This document shows, piece after piece, positions 11,983 through 24,588 of a stretch of 64,000 nucleotides of DNA. The first letter of the stretch is position 1. Each line of letters starts with the position of its first letter. Source of the stretch: an uncultured Flavobacteriales bacterium. Its GTDB lineage: Bacteria > Bacteroidota > Bacteroidia > Flavobacteriales_D > Crocinitomicaceae. The notes under the pieces were generated by a model that ran no database searches, was not told the origin of the DNA, and worked only from the letters and a program-made list of their open reading frames with translations. The position numbers were made by a program, and so were the translations under genes. The stretch lies in NCBI GenBank assembly GCA_903823565.1, contig CAIJTF010000116.1:4690-68689 (forward strand), written 5' to 3'.

Positions 11983-12504
11983 ATGAGTATGCAACAAAAT
12001 ATGAATAGAGTAAAGTCAGCGGATATTGAGCTTAAAGACAAGCTTGTAGCGGTAAATCGGGTAACCAAAGTAACCAAAGGTGGACGAACCTTTAGTTTTT
12101 CTGCCATTGTTGTGGTAGGGGATGAAAACGGGGTTGTTGGTCACGGATTAGGAAAAGCAAAGGAAGTTACTGAAGCGATTACGAAAGGTATTGACGATGC
12201 GAAAAAGAATTTAATCAGGGTTCCTATTTCAAAAGGAACCGTTCCTCATGCCCAAAAAGGGAAATACGGAGGTGCTGAAGTTCTTTTGAAGCCCGCAACT
12301 GACGGTACTGGAGTTATCGCCGGTGGTGCGATGCGTGCTGTACTTGAGAGCGTTGGAGTTCACAACGTACTTGGAAAATCTCAAGGATCCTCCAATCCAC
12401 ATAACGTGGTTAAGGCTACCTTAGATGCCCTTTCCAAAATGAGAGATGCTGCTGCCGTTGCACGACAAAGAGGAATTGATCTCGATAAAGTTTTTAATGG
12501 ATAA
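11983..12504 (+). CDS. rpsE: 30S ribosomal protein S5
   Basis: 173 aa; [30 protein letters not shown]; S5. Confidence 0.96.
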   Translation: MSMQQNMNRVKSADIELKDKLVAVNRVTKVTKGGRTFSFSAIVVVGDENGVVGHGLGKAKEVTEAITKGIDDAKKNLIRVPISKGTVPHAQKGKYGGAEVLLKPATDGTGVIAGGAMRAVLESVGVHNVLGKSQGSSNPHNVVKATLDALSKMRDAAAVARQRGIDLDKVFNG

Positions 12505-12515
12505 TAAGCCATATC

Positions 12516-12692
12516 ATGAGTGTAATTAAAATAAAACAAACTAGAAGTGCCATCAAAAGGCCGGCTGATCAAAAGGCCACCATTAAGGCCTTGGGCTTTA
12601 AAAGACTCAATCATGTGATTGAAAAAGAGAATACTCCGCAAATAATGGGTATGATCAACAAAGTGAAGCACCTGATTCAAATCATTGATTAA
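12516..12692 (+). CDS. rpmD: 50S ribosomal protein L30
   Basis: Not in the ORF track because it is only 58 aa. Hand translation: MSVIKIKQTRSAIKRPADQKATIKALGFKRLNHVIEKENTPQIMGMINKVKHLIQIID, with stop TAA at 12690-12692. Lies in the canonical rpsE-rpmD-rplO position. Confidence 0.9.
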   Translation: MSVIKIKQTRSAIKRPADQKATIKALGFKRLNHVIEKENTPQIMGMINKVKHLIQIID

Positions 12693-12711
12693 TTCGATAA
12701 ATAACGAGGAA

Positions 12712-13158
12712 ATGAGTTTACACAATTTAACACCCGCTAAAGGGTCTATAAAAAGCGATAAAAGAATCGGTAGAGGACAAGGTTCTGGACGTGGGGGTAC
12801 ATCTACCCGTGGTCACAAAGGAGCTAAATCGCGTTCTGGTTATTCGAAGAAAATCGGTTTTGAAGGAGGTCAAATGCCTTTGCAACGACGTGTTCCTAAG
12901 TTTGGATTTAAAAACATCAATCGAGTTGAATACAAAGCAATCAATTTGGACGCCCTTCAAATGTTAGCTGAAACCAAAGGAATTACAGAATTCAATCTTG
13001 ATACGTATGAAGCGAATGGGCTTATTTCAGGATCTAAATTGGTTAAAATCCTAGGTCGAGGTGAAATTAAAACATCTGTAAAAGTTGAAGCCCACCATTT
13101 TTCAGCGAAAGCCTCTTCAGCGATTGAGGCCGCAGGTGGAAGCATTTCAAAAATTTGA
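12712..13158 (+). CDS. rplO: 50S ribosomal protein L15
   Basis: MSLHNLTPAKGS.K..KR.GRG.GSGRGGTS.RGHKG; L15. I use the ATG at 12712. The ORF-track start at 12685 would overlap rpmD. Confidence 0.94.
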   Translation: MSLHNLTPAKGSIKSDKRIGRGQGSGRGGTSTRGHKGAKSRSGYSKKIGFEGGQMPLQRRVPKFGFKNINRVEYKAINLDALQMLAETKGITEFNLDTYEANGLISGSKLVKILGRGEIKTSVKVEAHHFSAKASSAIEAAGGSISKI

Positions 13159-13167
13159 TATTAAGCC

Positions 13168-14526
13168 ATGAAAAGACTCCTCACCAATCTTAAGAACATC
13201 TGGAAAGTAGAAGAACTTCGTCAGCGTATTTTGTTGACGTTGGGATTGGTTTTGGCCTATCGTATTGGTTCTTTTGTAATCTTACCTGGAATTAATTACG
13301 GCGCCCTTGAAAGTGCTTCTGCTGGAAGTTCAGATACGCAAAAAGGTATTGAGAATTTGTTGTCTCTCTTTTCTGGAGGGGGGTTCACCAATGCTTCCAT
13401 TATGGCGCTCGGAATTATGCCTTACATATCGGCCTCCATCATTATGCAGCTGTTAGGTATGGCGGTTCCAGCCGTCCAAAAACTACAAAATGAAGGTGAA
13501 TCTGGACGTAAGGTTATTAATAATTATACGCGGATTCTGACCATTATCATTTGTGCGCTTCAGGCACCATCTTATCTTAAAATGTATGTGGCTCAGAAAG
13601 GAGCTCTTCCAGCAGATGCCTCATCCATTTGGTGGATGCAAACCATTCTTATTCTCGTGGCGGGTTCTATGTTCGCTGTTTGGTTGGGTGAACGAATTAC
13701 GGAAAAAGGACTTGGAAATGGGATTTCCTTGCTAATTGCAGTTGGTATACTCTCCAGATTACCTGGAGCTTTCATTGCCGAAGTAGGTAAGTCTTTCGAA
13801 GGAGGAAACCTAATCAAACTTTTATTGGAAGTGATCATCCTAATGTTGATCATTTTAAGCGTAATTCTCATCATACAAGGCGTTCGACGCATTCCATTGA
13901 ACACGGCAAAAAGCGTAGTTGGAAGCCGCTCTGTTGAAAGCCAACAAGCCCGAAATTATTTGCCGCTTAAAGTGAATGCTAGCGGAGTAATGCCCATTAT
14001 TTTTGCCCAAGCCATTCTTACCATTCCAATGACCATCTTTTTGAGTGCTACGGACAGTAAAGGTGAAGCCGGTTTGGTTCAACGCATTTTGAGCGACCCC
14101 TACGGTTTATGGTACAATGTAATTTTGGTTGTTTTAATCGTAGTGTTTACCTATTTCTACACCGCGATCATGATTAATCCTAGAAAAATTGCGGATGATT
14201 TGAAACGAAGCGGTGGATTTATCCCAGGCATCCGACCAGGGGAAGATACTGCTCATTACATTGACGACCGCGTTACGCGAATTACCTTTCCTGGGTCCCT
14301 CTTTTTGGCAGCCGTTGCTATCGTTCCTTCCATTGCGAAATTGGCAGGGGTAAACGATGCCTTTGCGATGTTTTTTGGTGGAACCTCCTTGCTGATTATG
14401 GTTGGGGTGGTGCTAGACACCATGCAGCAAATTGAAACATACCTACTAAACCGTCACATGGATGGTTTAATGGAAGGTACGCGAGTTAGAGGAAGAAGAG
14501 GACCTAACGAAACTTCAGGATTTTAA
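13168..14526 (+). CDS. secY: Preprotein translocase subunit SecY
   Basis: 452 aa, 10-TM profile; motifs [15 protein letters not shown] and [10 protein letters not shown]; spc-operon position. Confidence 0.97.
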   Translation: MKRLLTNLKNIWKVEELRQRILLTLGLVLAYRIGSFVILPGINYGALESASAGSSDTQKGIENLLSLFSGGGFTNASIMALGIMPYISASIIMQLLGMAVPAVQKLQNEGESGRKVINNYTRILTIIICALQAPSYLKMYVAQKGALPADASSIWWMQTILILVAGSMFAVWLGERITEKGLGNGISLLIAVGILSRLPGAFIAEVGKSFEGGNLIKLLLEVIILMLIILSVILIIQGVRRIPLNTAKSVVGSRSVESQQARNYLPLKVNASGVMPIIFAQAILTIPMTIFLSATDSKGEAGLVQRILSDPYGLWYNVILVVLIVVFTYFYTAIMINPRKIADDLKRSGGFIPGIRPGEDTAHYIDDRVTRITFPGSLFLAAVAIVPSIAKLAGVNDAFAMFFGGTSLLIMVGVVLDTMQQIETYLLNRHMDGLMEGTRVRGRRGPNETSGF

Positions 14527-14528
14527 AG

Positions 14529-14747
14529 ATGGCTAAACAAACTTCCATAGAACAAGACGGAACGATTATAGAAGCTTTGCCTAATGCAATGTTTCGCGTG
14601 GAATTACAAAACGGTCACGTGATAACGGCCCATATTTCAGGGAAGATGAGAATGTTTTACATTAAAATTCTACCTGGGGATAAGGTAAAAGTAGAAATGT
14701 CACCCTATGACTTAACAAAAGGACGAATTTCATTTAGATACAAATAA
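14529..14747 (+). CDS. infA: Translation initiation factor IF-1
   Basis: 72 aa; [24 protein letters not shown]...AHISGKMR...I.ILPGD.V.VE.SPYDL.KGRI..R; IF-1 S1 fold. Confidence 0.97.
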   Translation: MAKQTSIEQDGTIIEALPNAMFRVELQNGHVITAHISGKMRMFYIKILPGDKVKVEMSPYDLTKGRISFRYK

Positions 14748-14762
14748 TAAAAAAGAAGCACA

Positions 14763-14879
14763 ATGAAAGTAAGAGCATCGGTTAAAAAACGAACCGCAGA
14801 TTGCAAAATAGTGAAAAGAAAAGGTCGCGTTTACGTGATCAATAAGAAGAACCCGAAGTTAAAACAAAGACAAGGATAA
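14763..14879 (+). CDS. rpmJ: 50S ribosomal protein L36 (Cys-poor form)
   Basis: Not in the ORF track because it is only 38 aa. Hand translation: [38 protein letters not shown], with stop TAA at 14877-14879. Lies between infA and rpsM. Confidence 0.92.
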   Translation: MKVRASVKKRTADCKIVKRKGRVYVINKKNPKLKQRQG

Positions 14880-14889
14880 AATAAGATAT

Positions 14890-15264
14890 ATGGCACGTAT
14901 TGCAGGTATAGATTTACCAAAGAACAAAAGAGGAGTAATTGGATTGACGTACATTTACGGAATCGGTCGCAGCACTTCCAAAAAAATTCTGAACGACAGT
15001 AAAATTGATGAAAACATCAAAGTTCAGGATTGGAATGACGATCAATTGTCCGCAATAAGAAACGCGATTAATGAAATTAAAACAGAAGGTCAGTTGCGTT
15101 CTGAAATCCAGTTGAACATTAAGCGATTAATGGATATCGGTTGTTACAGAGGAATTCGTCACCGTTCTGGATTACCATTACGTGGCCAGCATACTAAGAA
15201 TAATTCAAGAACGAGAAAAGGTAAGAGAAAAACTGTTGCCAACAAGAAAAAGGTAACTAAATAA
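14890..15264 (+). CDS. rpsM: 30S ribosomal protein S13
   Basis: 124 aa; [24 protein letters not shown]; S13. Confidence 0.97.
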   Translation: MARIAGIDLPKNKRGVIGLTYIYGIGRSTSKKILNDSKIDENIKVQDWNDDQLSAIRNAINEIKTEGQLRSEIQLNIKRLMDIGCYRGIRHRSGLPLRGQHTKNNSRTRKGKRKTVANKKKVTK

Positions 15265-15275
15265 TAACTAGAAAG

Positions 15276-15662
15276 ATGGCAAAATCCAATCAAAAGAAGA
15301 AGAAAAATGTCAAAGTTGAGGCAGCGGGTGAGGCACACATCCAAGCAAGTTTCAACAACATTATTATTTCCTTAACGAATAATGCGGGTCAGGTTATTTC
15401 CTGGTCCTCGGCTGGAAAAATGGGTTTTAAAGGTTCGAAAAAGAACACCCCTTACGCCGCTCAATTGGCTGCTGAAAATGCGGCAAAAGAAGCGCATGAT
15501 TTTGGCCTTCGACGCGTTCGCGTATTTGTTAAAGGTCCAGGAGCAGGTCGTGAATCGGCAATTCGATCGTTACACAACGCGGGCATCGAAGTGATGGAAA
15601 TCATTGATGTGACACCCCTTCCACACAACGGATGTCGTCCACCAAAACGAAGAAGAGTATAA
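15276..15662 (+). CDS. rpsK: 30S ribosomal protein S11
   Basis: 128 aa; ..HI.ASFNN.IIS.T...[21 protein letters not shown]; S11. Confidence 0.97.
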   Translation: MAKSNQKKKKNVKVEAAGEAHIQASFNNIIISLTNNAGQVISWSSAGKMGFKGSKKNTPYAAQLAAENAAKEAHDFGLRRVRVFVKGPGAGRESAIRSLHNAGIEVMEIIDVTPLPHNGCRPPKRRRV

Positions 15663-15719
15663 TTTTAATTAACCAGTCATCGAAGGAATGCCTTAATTCA
15701 TGACTAAAAATTTATCATA

Positions 15720-16328
15720 ATGGCAAGATATAGAGGTCCAAAGTCAAAAATTGCGCGTAGGTTCCGAGATCCAATTTTTGGTCCGGACAAAGCCCTTGAG
15801 CGCAGAAGTTATGGTCCTGGTCAACACGGACCAGCCAAACGACGGGGGGGGAAACAATCTGAATACGCAATTCAGTTAGGGGAAAAGCAAAAAGCGAAAT
15901 ATACCTATGGTATCCTGGAGCGTCAGTTTGCGAACATGTTCGAAAGAGCGTCGCGAATGAAAGGTATCACGGGTGAAAACTTGCTACAGTTATGTGAAGC
16001 ACGTTTAGACAATACCGTATTTCGTTTAGGTATTGCCCCTTCTCGACGAGCAGCGCGACAGTTAGTTTCTCACCGTCATATTACAGTTAATGGTGAAATC
16101 GTGAATATTCCGTCCTACCACCTGCGTCAAGGAGATACTATTGGCGTTCGTGAAAAGTCAAAATCCTTGGAAGCCATCGTTTCTTCCTTGAATGCGATTA
16201 ACAAGCGACACGACTGGTTAGATTGGGATGCTTCTTCAATGTCTGGAAAACTCATTAACCTTCCGGCACGTGAAATGATCCCTGAGAACATTAAAGAGCA
16301 GTTAATCGTCGAATTATATTCTAAATAA
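15720..16328 (+). CDS. rpsD: 30S ribosomal protein S4
   Basis: 202 aa; [15 protein letters not shown]...RLDN.VFRLG.A.SR..ARQLV.H.HI.VNG; S4. Confidence 0.97.
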   Translation: MARYRGPKSKIARRFRDPIFGPDKALERRSYGPGQHGPAKRRGGKQSEYAIQLGEKQKAKYTYGILERQFANMFERASRMKGITGENLLQLCEARLDNTVFRLGIAPSRRAARQLVSHRHITVNGEIVNIPSYHLRQGDTIGVREKSKSLEAIVSSLNAINKRHDWLDWDASSMSGKLINLPAREMIPENIKEQLIVELYSK

Positions 16329-16344
16329 TATTTTTAATAAAGCA

Positions 16345-17337
16345 ATGGCAATACTTAATTTTCAGAAACCAGATAAAGTCGTAATGCTCCAGTCGGATGC
16401 ATTCCAAGGTGAATTTGAATTTCGTCCTCTTGAACCAGGATATGGAATAACCATCGGGAATTCATTACGAAGAATCCTTTTATCTTCCTTGGAGGGATAT
16501 GCAATTTCCTCTATCAAGATTCAAGGCGTTGATCATGAATTCAGCACCATCAAAGGGGTGGTTGAAGACGTGACCGAAATGATATTGAACCTAAAACAAG
16601 TTCGTTTTAAGCAACAAATTGAGTCCGTTGATAACGAAACCGTAATCGTATCGGTGACTGGTCAAAATGCGTTAACTGCTGGGGATATCGGCAAATTTAC
16701 CAACGGTTTCCAGGTGTTAAATCCGGATTTGGTTATTTGTAACATGGAGCCTTCGGTAAAATTTGAGATGGAACTTACCATCATCAAAGGACGGGGTTAT
16801 TATCCTTCCGAGGAAAACAAAACCGAAGATGCGCCTTTTGGTACTATTTTCATCGATTCTATTTTTACGCCCATCAAAAACGTTCAATTTACCATTGAAA
16901 ACTATCGTGTTGAGCAAAAAACAGATTTTGAAAAGTTGATCCTAAACATCACTACGGATGGTTCGGTTCATCCAAAAGATGCCTTGAAAGAGGCGGCTAA
17001 AATCCTTATCCAACACTTTATGCTCTTCTCTGATGAGCGTATTACTTTGGATAACGAAATGAAAACTGAAACGGAAGAGTTCGACGAAAGCTCGCTTCAC
17101 ATGCGTCAGTTGTTAAAAACAAAACTGGTAGATATGGATCTTTCTGTACGCGCCCTTAATTGTTTGAAAGCAGCTGAGGTCGATACTTTAGGGGATTTAG
17201 TTTCATTTGCCAAGTCCGATTTGTTGAAATTCCGAAATTTTGGTAAAAAATCATTAACGGAATTAGAGGATTTAGTAGATAACAAAGGCCTTACATTTGG
17301 AATGAATGTGGCTAAATATAAATTAGACAAAGACTAG
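16345..17337 (+). CDS. rpoA: DNA-directed RNA polymerase subunit alpha
   Basis: 330 aa; N-terminal [16 protein letters not shown]-terminal domain [13 protein letters not shown]...LGDLV; RpoA. Confidence 0.97.
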   Translation: MAILNFQKPDKVVMLQSDAFQGEFEFRPLEPGYGITIGNSLRRILLSSLEGYAISSIKIQGVDHEFSTIKGVVEDVTEMILNLKQVRFKQQIESVDNETVIVSVTGQNALTAGDIGKFTNGFQVLNPDLVICNMEPSVKFEMELTIIKGRGYYPSEENKTEDAPFGTIFIDSIFTPIKNVQFTIENYRVEQKTDFEKLILNITTDGSVHPKDALKEAAKILIQHFMLFSDERITLDNEMKTETEEFDESSLHMRQLLKTKLVDMDLSVRALNCLKAAEVDTLGDLVSFAKSDLLKFRNFGKKSLTELEDLVDNKGLTFGMNVAKYKLDKD

Positions 17338-17356
17338 TCGAGTAAAGATATAAACG

Positions 17357-18151
17357 ATGAGACACGGAAATAAATTAAACCATTTAGGTAGAAAATCGGC
17401 CCACAGAAAAGCCATGATTTCCAATATGGCTTGTTCCCTAATTCAGCACAAGCGAATTAGTACAACCTTGGCCAAAGCTAAAGCACTTCGGGTTTTTGTA
17501 GAACCGCTTTTGACGAAATCCAAGTCGGATTCTACACACTCAAGAAGGGTGGTGTTTTCTTACCTTCAAAATAAGGAAATCGTAACGGAATTGTTCCGAG
17601 AGGTTGCTCCTAAAATTGCTGACCGAAGCGGTGGTTATACACGAATCATTCGCACAGGGTATCGCCTTGGTGATAATGCTGAAATGTGTATGATCGAATT
17701 GGTTGATTTCAACGAGGTTTACAACACCGATCGAGTTAAAAAGACAACACGTCGTTCGCGTCGAGGAGGTTCAACAAAACCTACCGCTAGTACGGAGACA
17801 ATGATAGATGAAGCCGCTCCAATCGAAGAGGCTGTTGTAGTCGAAGACCTTGCCGTTTCAGAGGAGAGTGCACCTATCGAAGAGGCACCAATCAATGAAG
17901 AGGTTGCTGTTGTAGAAGAAGCTCCAGCACAAGAAGAAAGTCCAGCACAAGAAGAAAGTCCAGCAGTTGTTGAAGATACCGTTGCTGAAGAGGTTTCCGA
18001 AACAGAGGAAACGGCTAGTAACGAAGAAGAATCTGCTGCGTCTGAAGAGGCACCTGTTGTAGCCGAAGAAAACGATGAAGAAGCTTCAGCGTCCAATGAC
18101 AGCGAAGCGGAAGGGACAGAAACATCGGATGATACCCCGAAAGAAGCATAA
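17357..18151 (+). CDS. rplQ: 50S ribosomal protein L17 with a ~140-aa acidic low-complexity C-terminal extension
   Basis: N-terminal ~120 aa is canonical L17 ([21 protein letters not shown]...SLI.H.RI.TT.AKAK..R..VE.L.T...GGYTRI...YR.GD.A.M..IELV). The rest is an E/A/S/V/T/D-rich tail. Confidence 0.93.
   Translation: MRHGNKLNHLGRKSAHRKAMISNMACSLIQHKRISTTLAKAKALRVFVEPLLTKSKSDSTHSRRVVFSYLQNKEIVTELFREVAPKIADRSGGYTRIIRTGYRLGDNAEMCMIELVDFNEVYNTDRVKKTTRRSRRGGSTKPTASTETMIDEAAPIEEAVVVEDLAVSEESAPIEEAPINEEVAVVEEAPAQEESPAQEESPAVVEDTVAEEVSETEETASNEEESAASEEAPVVAEENDEEASASNDSEAEGTETSDDTPKEA
17924..17965 (+). repeat. 18-bp tandem repeat (2.3 copies) inside the rplQ tail
   Basis: CCAGCACAAGAAGAAAGT occurs at 17924-17941 and 17942-17959, followed by a partial CCAGCA. 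It encodes (A)[14 protein letters not shown]. Confidence 0.9.
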
Positions 18152-18171
18152 TGCTATTCACATTTGTTAAT

Positions 18172-18203
18172 AAAAAAGACGGTAAATTACCGTCTTTTTT
18201 TTT
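18172..18203 (+). terminator. Rho-independent terminator of the ribosomal/alpha operon
   Basis: Stem GACGGTA (18178-18184), loop AAT, stem TACCGTC (18188-18194), then a run of 9 T. It lies 20 nt after the rplQ stop. Confidence 0.85.
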
Positions 18204-18254
18204 GTTCTAGGCCTTCCCTTTCGTTGAAGCCGTTAATTTTGTCAAAACAATCGC

Positions 18255-20647
<2,393 letters not shown>

Positions 20648-20649
20648 GC

Positions 20650-21093
20650 TTGCCTTTTAATCTGCGTGTTTACGGTTTGGTAAGGAGTGGGGCCGGAGCG
20701 ATTTTAGTTTCCGAGGAACGTAGAGCCGGTTTCGAGTTTTGTAAATTCCCAGGAGGAGGCGTACAAGCAGGTGAGGGAATACTGGATGCCTTACATCGAG
20801 AATTCAAAGAAGAATTGGATGCTGAAATAATAAAGGCTGAGTTTTTTTATTTCAATGAATTTTATCAACATTCCAGGTTTAATCCCAACGAACAGGTTAT
20901 TTGCTTTTATTACCTTGCTACTTTAAGAGACCCGGAACGCCTAACGCTCATGGTGAATAACCTGCCAAAAGGCGGCGAAGTTGGAGATTACGAGCGGTTT
21001 CGATGGATATCCTTGGACCAGATAAACGAAAATATATTGACTTTTCCTATCGATCGAAAGGCATTGATTAAGTTTAAAAATATGTTAATATAA
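20650..21093 (+). CDS. NUDIX hydrolase
   Basis: 147 aa; Nudix box GGGVQAGEGILDALHREFKEELD. The start is a TTG 2 nt after the eno stop, with no nearby ATG, so the start is uncertain. Confidence 0.75.
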   Translation: MPFNLRVYGLVRSGAGAILVSEERRAGFEFCKFPGGGVQAGEGILDALHREFKEELDAEIIKAEFFYFNEFYQHSRFNPNEQVICFYYLATLRDPERLTLMVNNLPKGGEVGDYERFRWISLDQINENILTFPIDRKALIKFKNMLI

Positions 21094-21287
21094 TATTAAA
21101 ATAGTTAAAAAGTATTTTTTTTTCGTTTAGCTAAATTTTACGTGGTTTCTCTGAAGTATTTTTGCCTTTTCTCCTTAATATTGTGCTGTTAGCGATTGAT
21201 AAACAGAGTTTTTATGTAAAAGCCCAATTTGTTAACCAATATTAAAATACATACCTGCTGTTTTTTTTAGATTGACTAATTTTCGGC

Positions 21288-21572
21288 ATGACTAGAAACA
21301 CAGATAAAGAGCTTTTACTCTCAGTAGGCGCAAAAATCAGGCTTTTGCGGAAGAAGCGGGGAATGTCCTTAAAGGATTTATCCTATGCGATTGGAATGGA
21401 ACCGTCAAACTTGTCTGTAATTGAAAATGGGAAATCTAATCCCCAATTATTAACCTATGCTAAAATTGCCTCGGCCTTGGATAGCAGCCTTAAGGAATTG
21501 TTTAATTTCCCTTTTGATTTCAAGGAAATGGCTCTAGCACCATCGGAGTATAAACCCAGAAAACACGTATAA
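21288..21572 (+). CDS. XRE-family helix-turn-helix transcriptional regulator
   Basis: 94 aa; VGAKIRLLRKKRGMSLKDLSYAIGMEPSNLSVIENGKSNPQLLTYAKIASALD is a classic Cro/C1-type HTH. Confidence 0.8.
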   Translation: MTRNTDKELLLSVGAKIRLLRKKRGMSLKDLSYAIGMEPSNLSVIENGKSNPQLLTYAKIASALDSSLKELFNFPFDFKEMALAPSEYKPRKHV

Positions 21573-21655
21573 TACCTTAATTAAAACGTCGAAATTTTGA
21601 AAGACAGGTTCTGTGAGCACTGTTGCTATGCTTGTTTCTGCTGGTATTTGATCTT

Positions 21656-22546
21656 TTATTTTTTGAAAGGGTTGGAGACCACCAACTCCTTAGTTCCGTG
21701 ACCCCATTGGTAAAAGCCTTCCCCTGTTTTTACCCCTTTTTTTCCAGCTGTTACCATGTTTACGAGTAAGGGACAAGGTGCGTATTTCGGATTACCAAAT
21801 CCATCGTGTAATACCTTAAGAATGGCCAGACAAACATCCAGTCCGATGAAATCAGCCAATTGTAAAGGTCCCATAGGGTGCGCCATGCCTAATTTCATAA
21901 CCGTATCAATTTCTTCCACCCCCGCAACGCCTTCGAATAGGGAATAAATAGCCTCATTAATCATAGGCATTAGGATTCGGTTAGCTATAAAACCCGGGTA
22001 ATCGTTCACTTCAACTGGGATTTTACCCAATTTTTGAGACGTTTCCATTATACGGTTCGTCACCTCATCCGAGGTTGAATATCCGCGAATAATTTCCACT
22101 AATTTCATAACGGGTACGGGATTCATAAAATGCATTCCAATTACCTTGTCAGGACGTTGAGTCACAGCGGCAATTTGTGTAATGGAAATGGATGATGTGT
22201 TGGTAGCCAAAATAACGGAAGGATCCGTAAAGGCATCCAAATCTTTGAAAATTTTGAGCTTTAGATCTACGTTTTCGGTAGCAGCCTCTACCACCAATTC
22301 TACGCCTTGAACGCCAATTTTCATGTCCGTTTGAGTCGATAAATTGCTGATCGTTGTAGCCTTTTCTGCCTCGGTTAAACTTCCTTTGGCAATTTGACGA
22401 TCAAGGTTTTTCCCTATCGTTGTAAGGGCCTTATCTAAGGCTTCTTGGGAAATATCAATGAGCGTAACCCGGTGTCCAAATTGAGCAAAAACATGAGCAA
22501 TGCCATTTCCCATGGTTCCTGCTCCAATAACGGCAACGTTTTTCAT
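21656..22546 (-). CDS. 3-hydroxybutyryl-CoA / 3-hydroxyacyl-CoA dehydrogenase (NAD-binding)
   Basis: 296 aa; Rossmann motif VAVIGAGTMGNGIA, then ..ATNTSS.SIT..A......P...IGMHFMNPVP.MKLVE, and the C-terminal 3HCDH domain PGF..NRIL.PMINEA. Confidence 0.9.
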   Translation of the reverse strand: MKNVAVIGAGTMGNGIAHVFAQFGHRVTLIDISQEALDKALTTIGKNLDRQIAKGSLTEAEKATTISNLSTQTDMKIGVQGVELVVEAATENVDLKLKIFKDLDAFTDPSVILATNTSSISITQIAAVTQRPDKVIGMHFMNPVPVMKLVEIIRGYSTSDEVTNRIMETSQKLGKIPVEVNDYPGFIANRILMPMINEAIYSLFEGVAGVEEIDTVMKLGMAHPMGPLQLADFIGLDVCLAILKVLHDGFGNPKYAPCPLLVNMVTAGKKGVKTGEGFYQWGHGTKELVVSNPFKK

Positions 22547-22596
22547 ATGTGATTCGAATTAGTGGGACAAATATAATCATACTATCTTTGTTGAAC

Positions 22597-23892
22597 ATGC
22601 CCTTGGCTCGAATTAGACCTTTCCTCCAAAGCGAGGTATTTAAATCGTTTACCGTACTCTTTTCAGGGACGTTGATCGCTCAGCTCATTGGGTACGCCAT
22701 AGCGCCTGTACTAACTCGATTGTATTCCAATGCAGAAATGGGGGAAATGCTCTATTACATGCGTTTGATAGCCTTTATATCCTCGTTGGCCACGTTGCGT
22801 TATGAGGCTGCGCTACCTTTGCCCAAACGGGATGAACATTCCTACTTTTTATATCGGTTTATTTATCTTTTTTCTTTTTGGGTCTTGGTATTTGTTTCTT
22901 TGTTGGCTGTTGTATTTTCTTCGCTTTGGGAACATCAGCGCTTTGAGCCTTGGTTTATCGTTTTTGTATTACTCGGTTCGGCCGCTATGATTATTATCAA
23001 TGTAGGAACCAGTTGGTCTGTTCGGACAGGGTCTTATGGATTAATTTCCCGTCAAAAAATCATCAATTCCTTGGTGTCAAATGCCCTTAAATGGGGCTTT
23101 TTCTTTTTCAATTGGAAATCGTTTGGTTTAATTCTGGCGACCTTACTGGGATTTATTTTATCTGCCCTAGAGTTTTTATGGGATTTTCGATCAACCCATC
23201 GCCGGTATAAGGCCTTTGCATCACGCCGCAAAACGCGCGCAATGTTACGCTCACATCGAGAATTTCCGCTATTGAATCTCCCTCATGTGCTCATTGATAA
23301 CGGACGAGACATCCTGCTAGCAACCTTTATATTGGCATATTTTGGTGAGGCCATTTATGGTTCCTATGGACATTCTTATCAAATGTTAAGAATTCCTTTA
23401 ATGTTGGTTGGAGTCTCCATAGGGCAGTTATTTTATAACCGTTCTTCGGAGGCCATGCATAAGCATAAACCGCTTGCGCCCATCTTGGCCAAAACCATGG
23501 TAACATTAACATTAATTTCCCTCGTTCCATTTACGATACTCTTTTTCTTTGGGACCGAAATTTTCGGTTTTATTTTTGGATCGCAATGGGCGATTTCTGG
23601 AACCTATGCAGAAACAATGTCTTTTTGGTTGATGGTGAATTTTGTGCTTTCTCCTGTTTCCGCATTACCCTTACTTCTCAACAAGCAACGGTATGCCTTA
23701 CTCATGGGATTGGTAAGTTCATTGATTCAAGTACTTCCGTTTTGGCTTTTTCCACTTTTTTATGGAAAATCAGAAACAATTTTCATCTTCACACTCCAAT
23801 GCGTTTCTTATGCACAAGCGCTTTGGTTGCTTTTTACCTTGTATCTATATTACCGCTTTGCCTTGGTTTCGGATGCGAAAATTCGCGCATAA
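22597..23892 (+). CDS. Wzx-like oligosaccharide/polysaccharide flippase family membrane protein
   Basis: About 430 aa with >=10 predicted TM segments. The N-terminus (FTVLFSGTLIAQLIGYAIAPVLTRLYS...) resembles polysaccharide-biosynthesis (MOP/Wzx) proteins. I use the ATG at 22597; the GTG at 22549 abuts the divergent gene. Confidence 0.55.
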   Translation: MPLARIRPFLQSEVFKSFTVLFSGTLIAQLIGYAIAPVLTRLYSNAEMGEMLYYMRLIAFISSLATLRYEAALPLPKRDEHSYFLYRFIYLFSFWVLVFVSLLAVVFSSLWEHQRFEPWFIVFVLLGSAAMIIINVGTSWSVRTGSYGLISRQKIINSLVSNALKWGFFFFNWKSFGLILATLLGFILSALEFLWDFRSTHRRYKAFASRRKTRAMLRSHREFPLLNLPHVLIDNGRDILLATFILAYFGEAIYGSYGHSYQMLRIPLMLVGVSIGQLFYNRSSEAMHKHKPLAPILAKTMVTLTLISLVPFTILFFFGTEIFGFIFGSQWAISGTYAETMSFWLMVNFVLSPVSALPLLLNKQRYALLMGLVSSLIQVLPFWLFPLFYGKSETIFIFTLQCVSYAQALWLLFTLYLYYRFALVSDAKIRA

Positions 23893-24588
23893 ATTTCATT
23901 AAATAGTATGGCATTTGATATTTTGTTTTTCACAATCTATAAACGTACACATTATATCGATCCCTTCTACCCTAAAAAGTTCGTGTTCATTCAAGCTACT
24001 CCCGTGGTCTGAATGTAGGTAAAACCCTACAACAATATTTCGAGTTTGTTTAATTCAATAGTAAAAAGGCATACTAAACGTCTTCGTTGAAAGGTCATTT
24101 TGAGAGGAATTATGTCTCTTAGATTTTAATCTATCCATCCAACTATTTTTGAAAGCTTCAGATAGAAGCAACATAGCCATTGGTTGTTTTCACTCTAAAT
24201 TGCTTTGGTCTGATTAGTTTAACCCTATTCTACAAAAATATTTTCGCTTTGTTTAAAACCATTTTTTAAAGTTAACGCAACTAAGATACTCTGAATACTT
24301 CCTAAATGCAATAAAGCATACCTGATACAAAGTCCGTTAATTATCCTACAATGAAAATGTATTCTAGCTTCTTAGTGAGGGAAACATATCTTAAAACCAT
24401 GGTGTTTTTACAAGGGTAAGTAATATCGCAATTGATAGGCAAGGTTTTTTTCATATCTGAAAAAGATATTTGCCCCTTTTTCCTTTAATCGGTTATGGCT
24501 ATATCATAAAAGTATATATTTTTGCTAGTGAATTGGATCCCTGTTATAGGGCAACCTTCACTATTACGATTAAAACTTAAATACTACC

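Noticed and set aside
3979-14528. No tuf between fusA and rpsJ, and no adk/map between secY and infA.
   Set aside because: This gene order is the usual arrangement for Flavobacteriia-type genomes (tuf sits with secE-nusG elsewhere). It is not a deletion or rearrangement signal.
10309-14879. Zinc-ligand-free forms of S14 (single Cys) and L36 (only 1 of the 4 Cys/His ligands: [10 protein letters not shown]...VINKKNPKL) sitting in the main operon.
   Set aside because: The observation is real, but as far as I recall these Cys-poor forms are the normal primary copies in Bacteroidota. Nothing indicates a zinc-sparing paralog switch here.
15663-15719. Imperfect hairpin (AGTCAT..AAGG-aatg-CCTT..ATGACT, 15675-15705) between rpsK and rpsD; possible S4 autoregulatory site.
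   Set aside because: Short AT-rich stem with an internal loop and no U-tract. The known S4 operator in E. coli is at the rpsM leader, not here. The evidence is insufficient.
17719-18096. 125-aa minus-strand ORF rich in S/A/T.
   Set aside because: It mirrors the GAA/GCT-rich acidic tail of rplQ, so it is a compositional artefact of the repeat-like coding sequence on the plus strand.
18204-18254. TAATTTTG at 18234-18241 upstream of carA as a promoter.
   Set aside because: The -7-like box is present, but no TTG sits at a workable spacer (candidates are 7 or 29 nt away). I did not list it as a feature.
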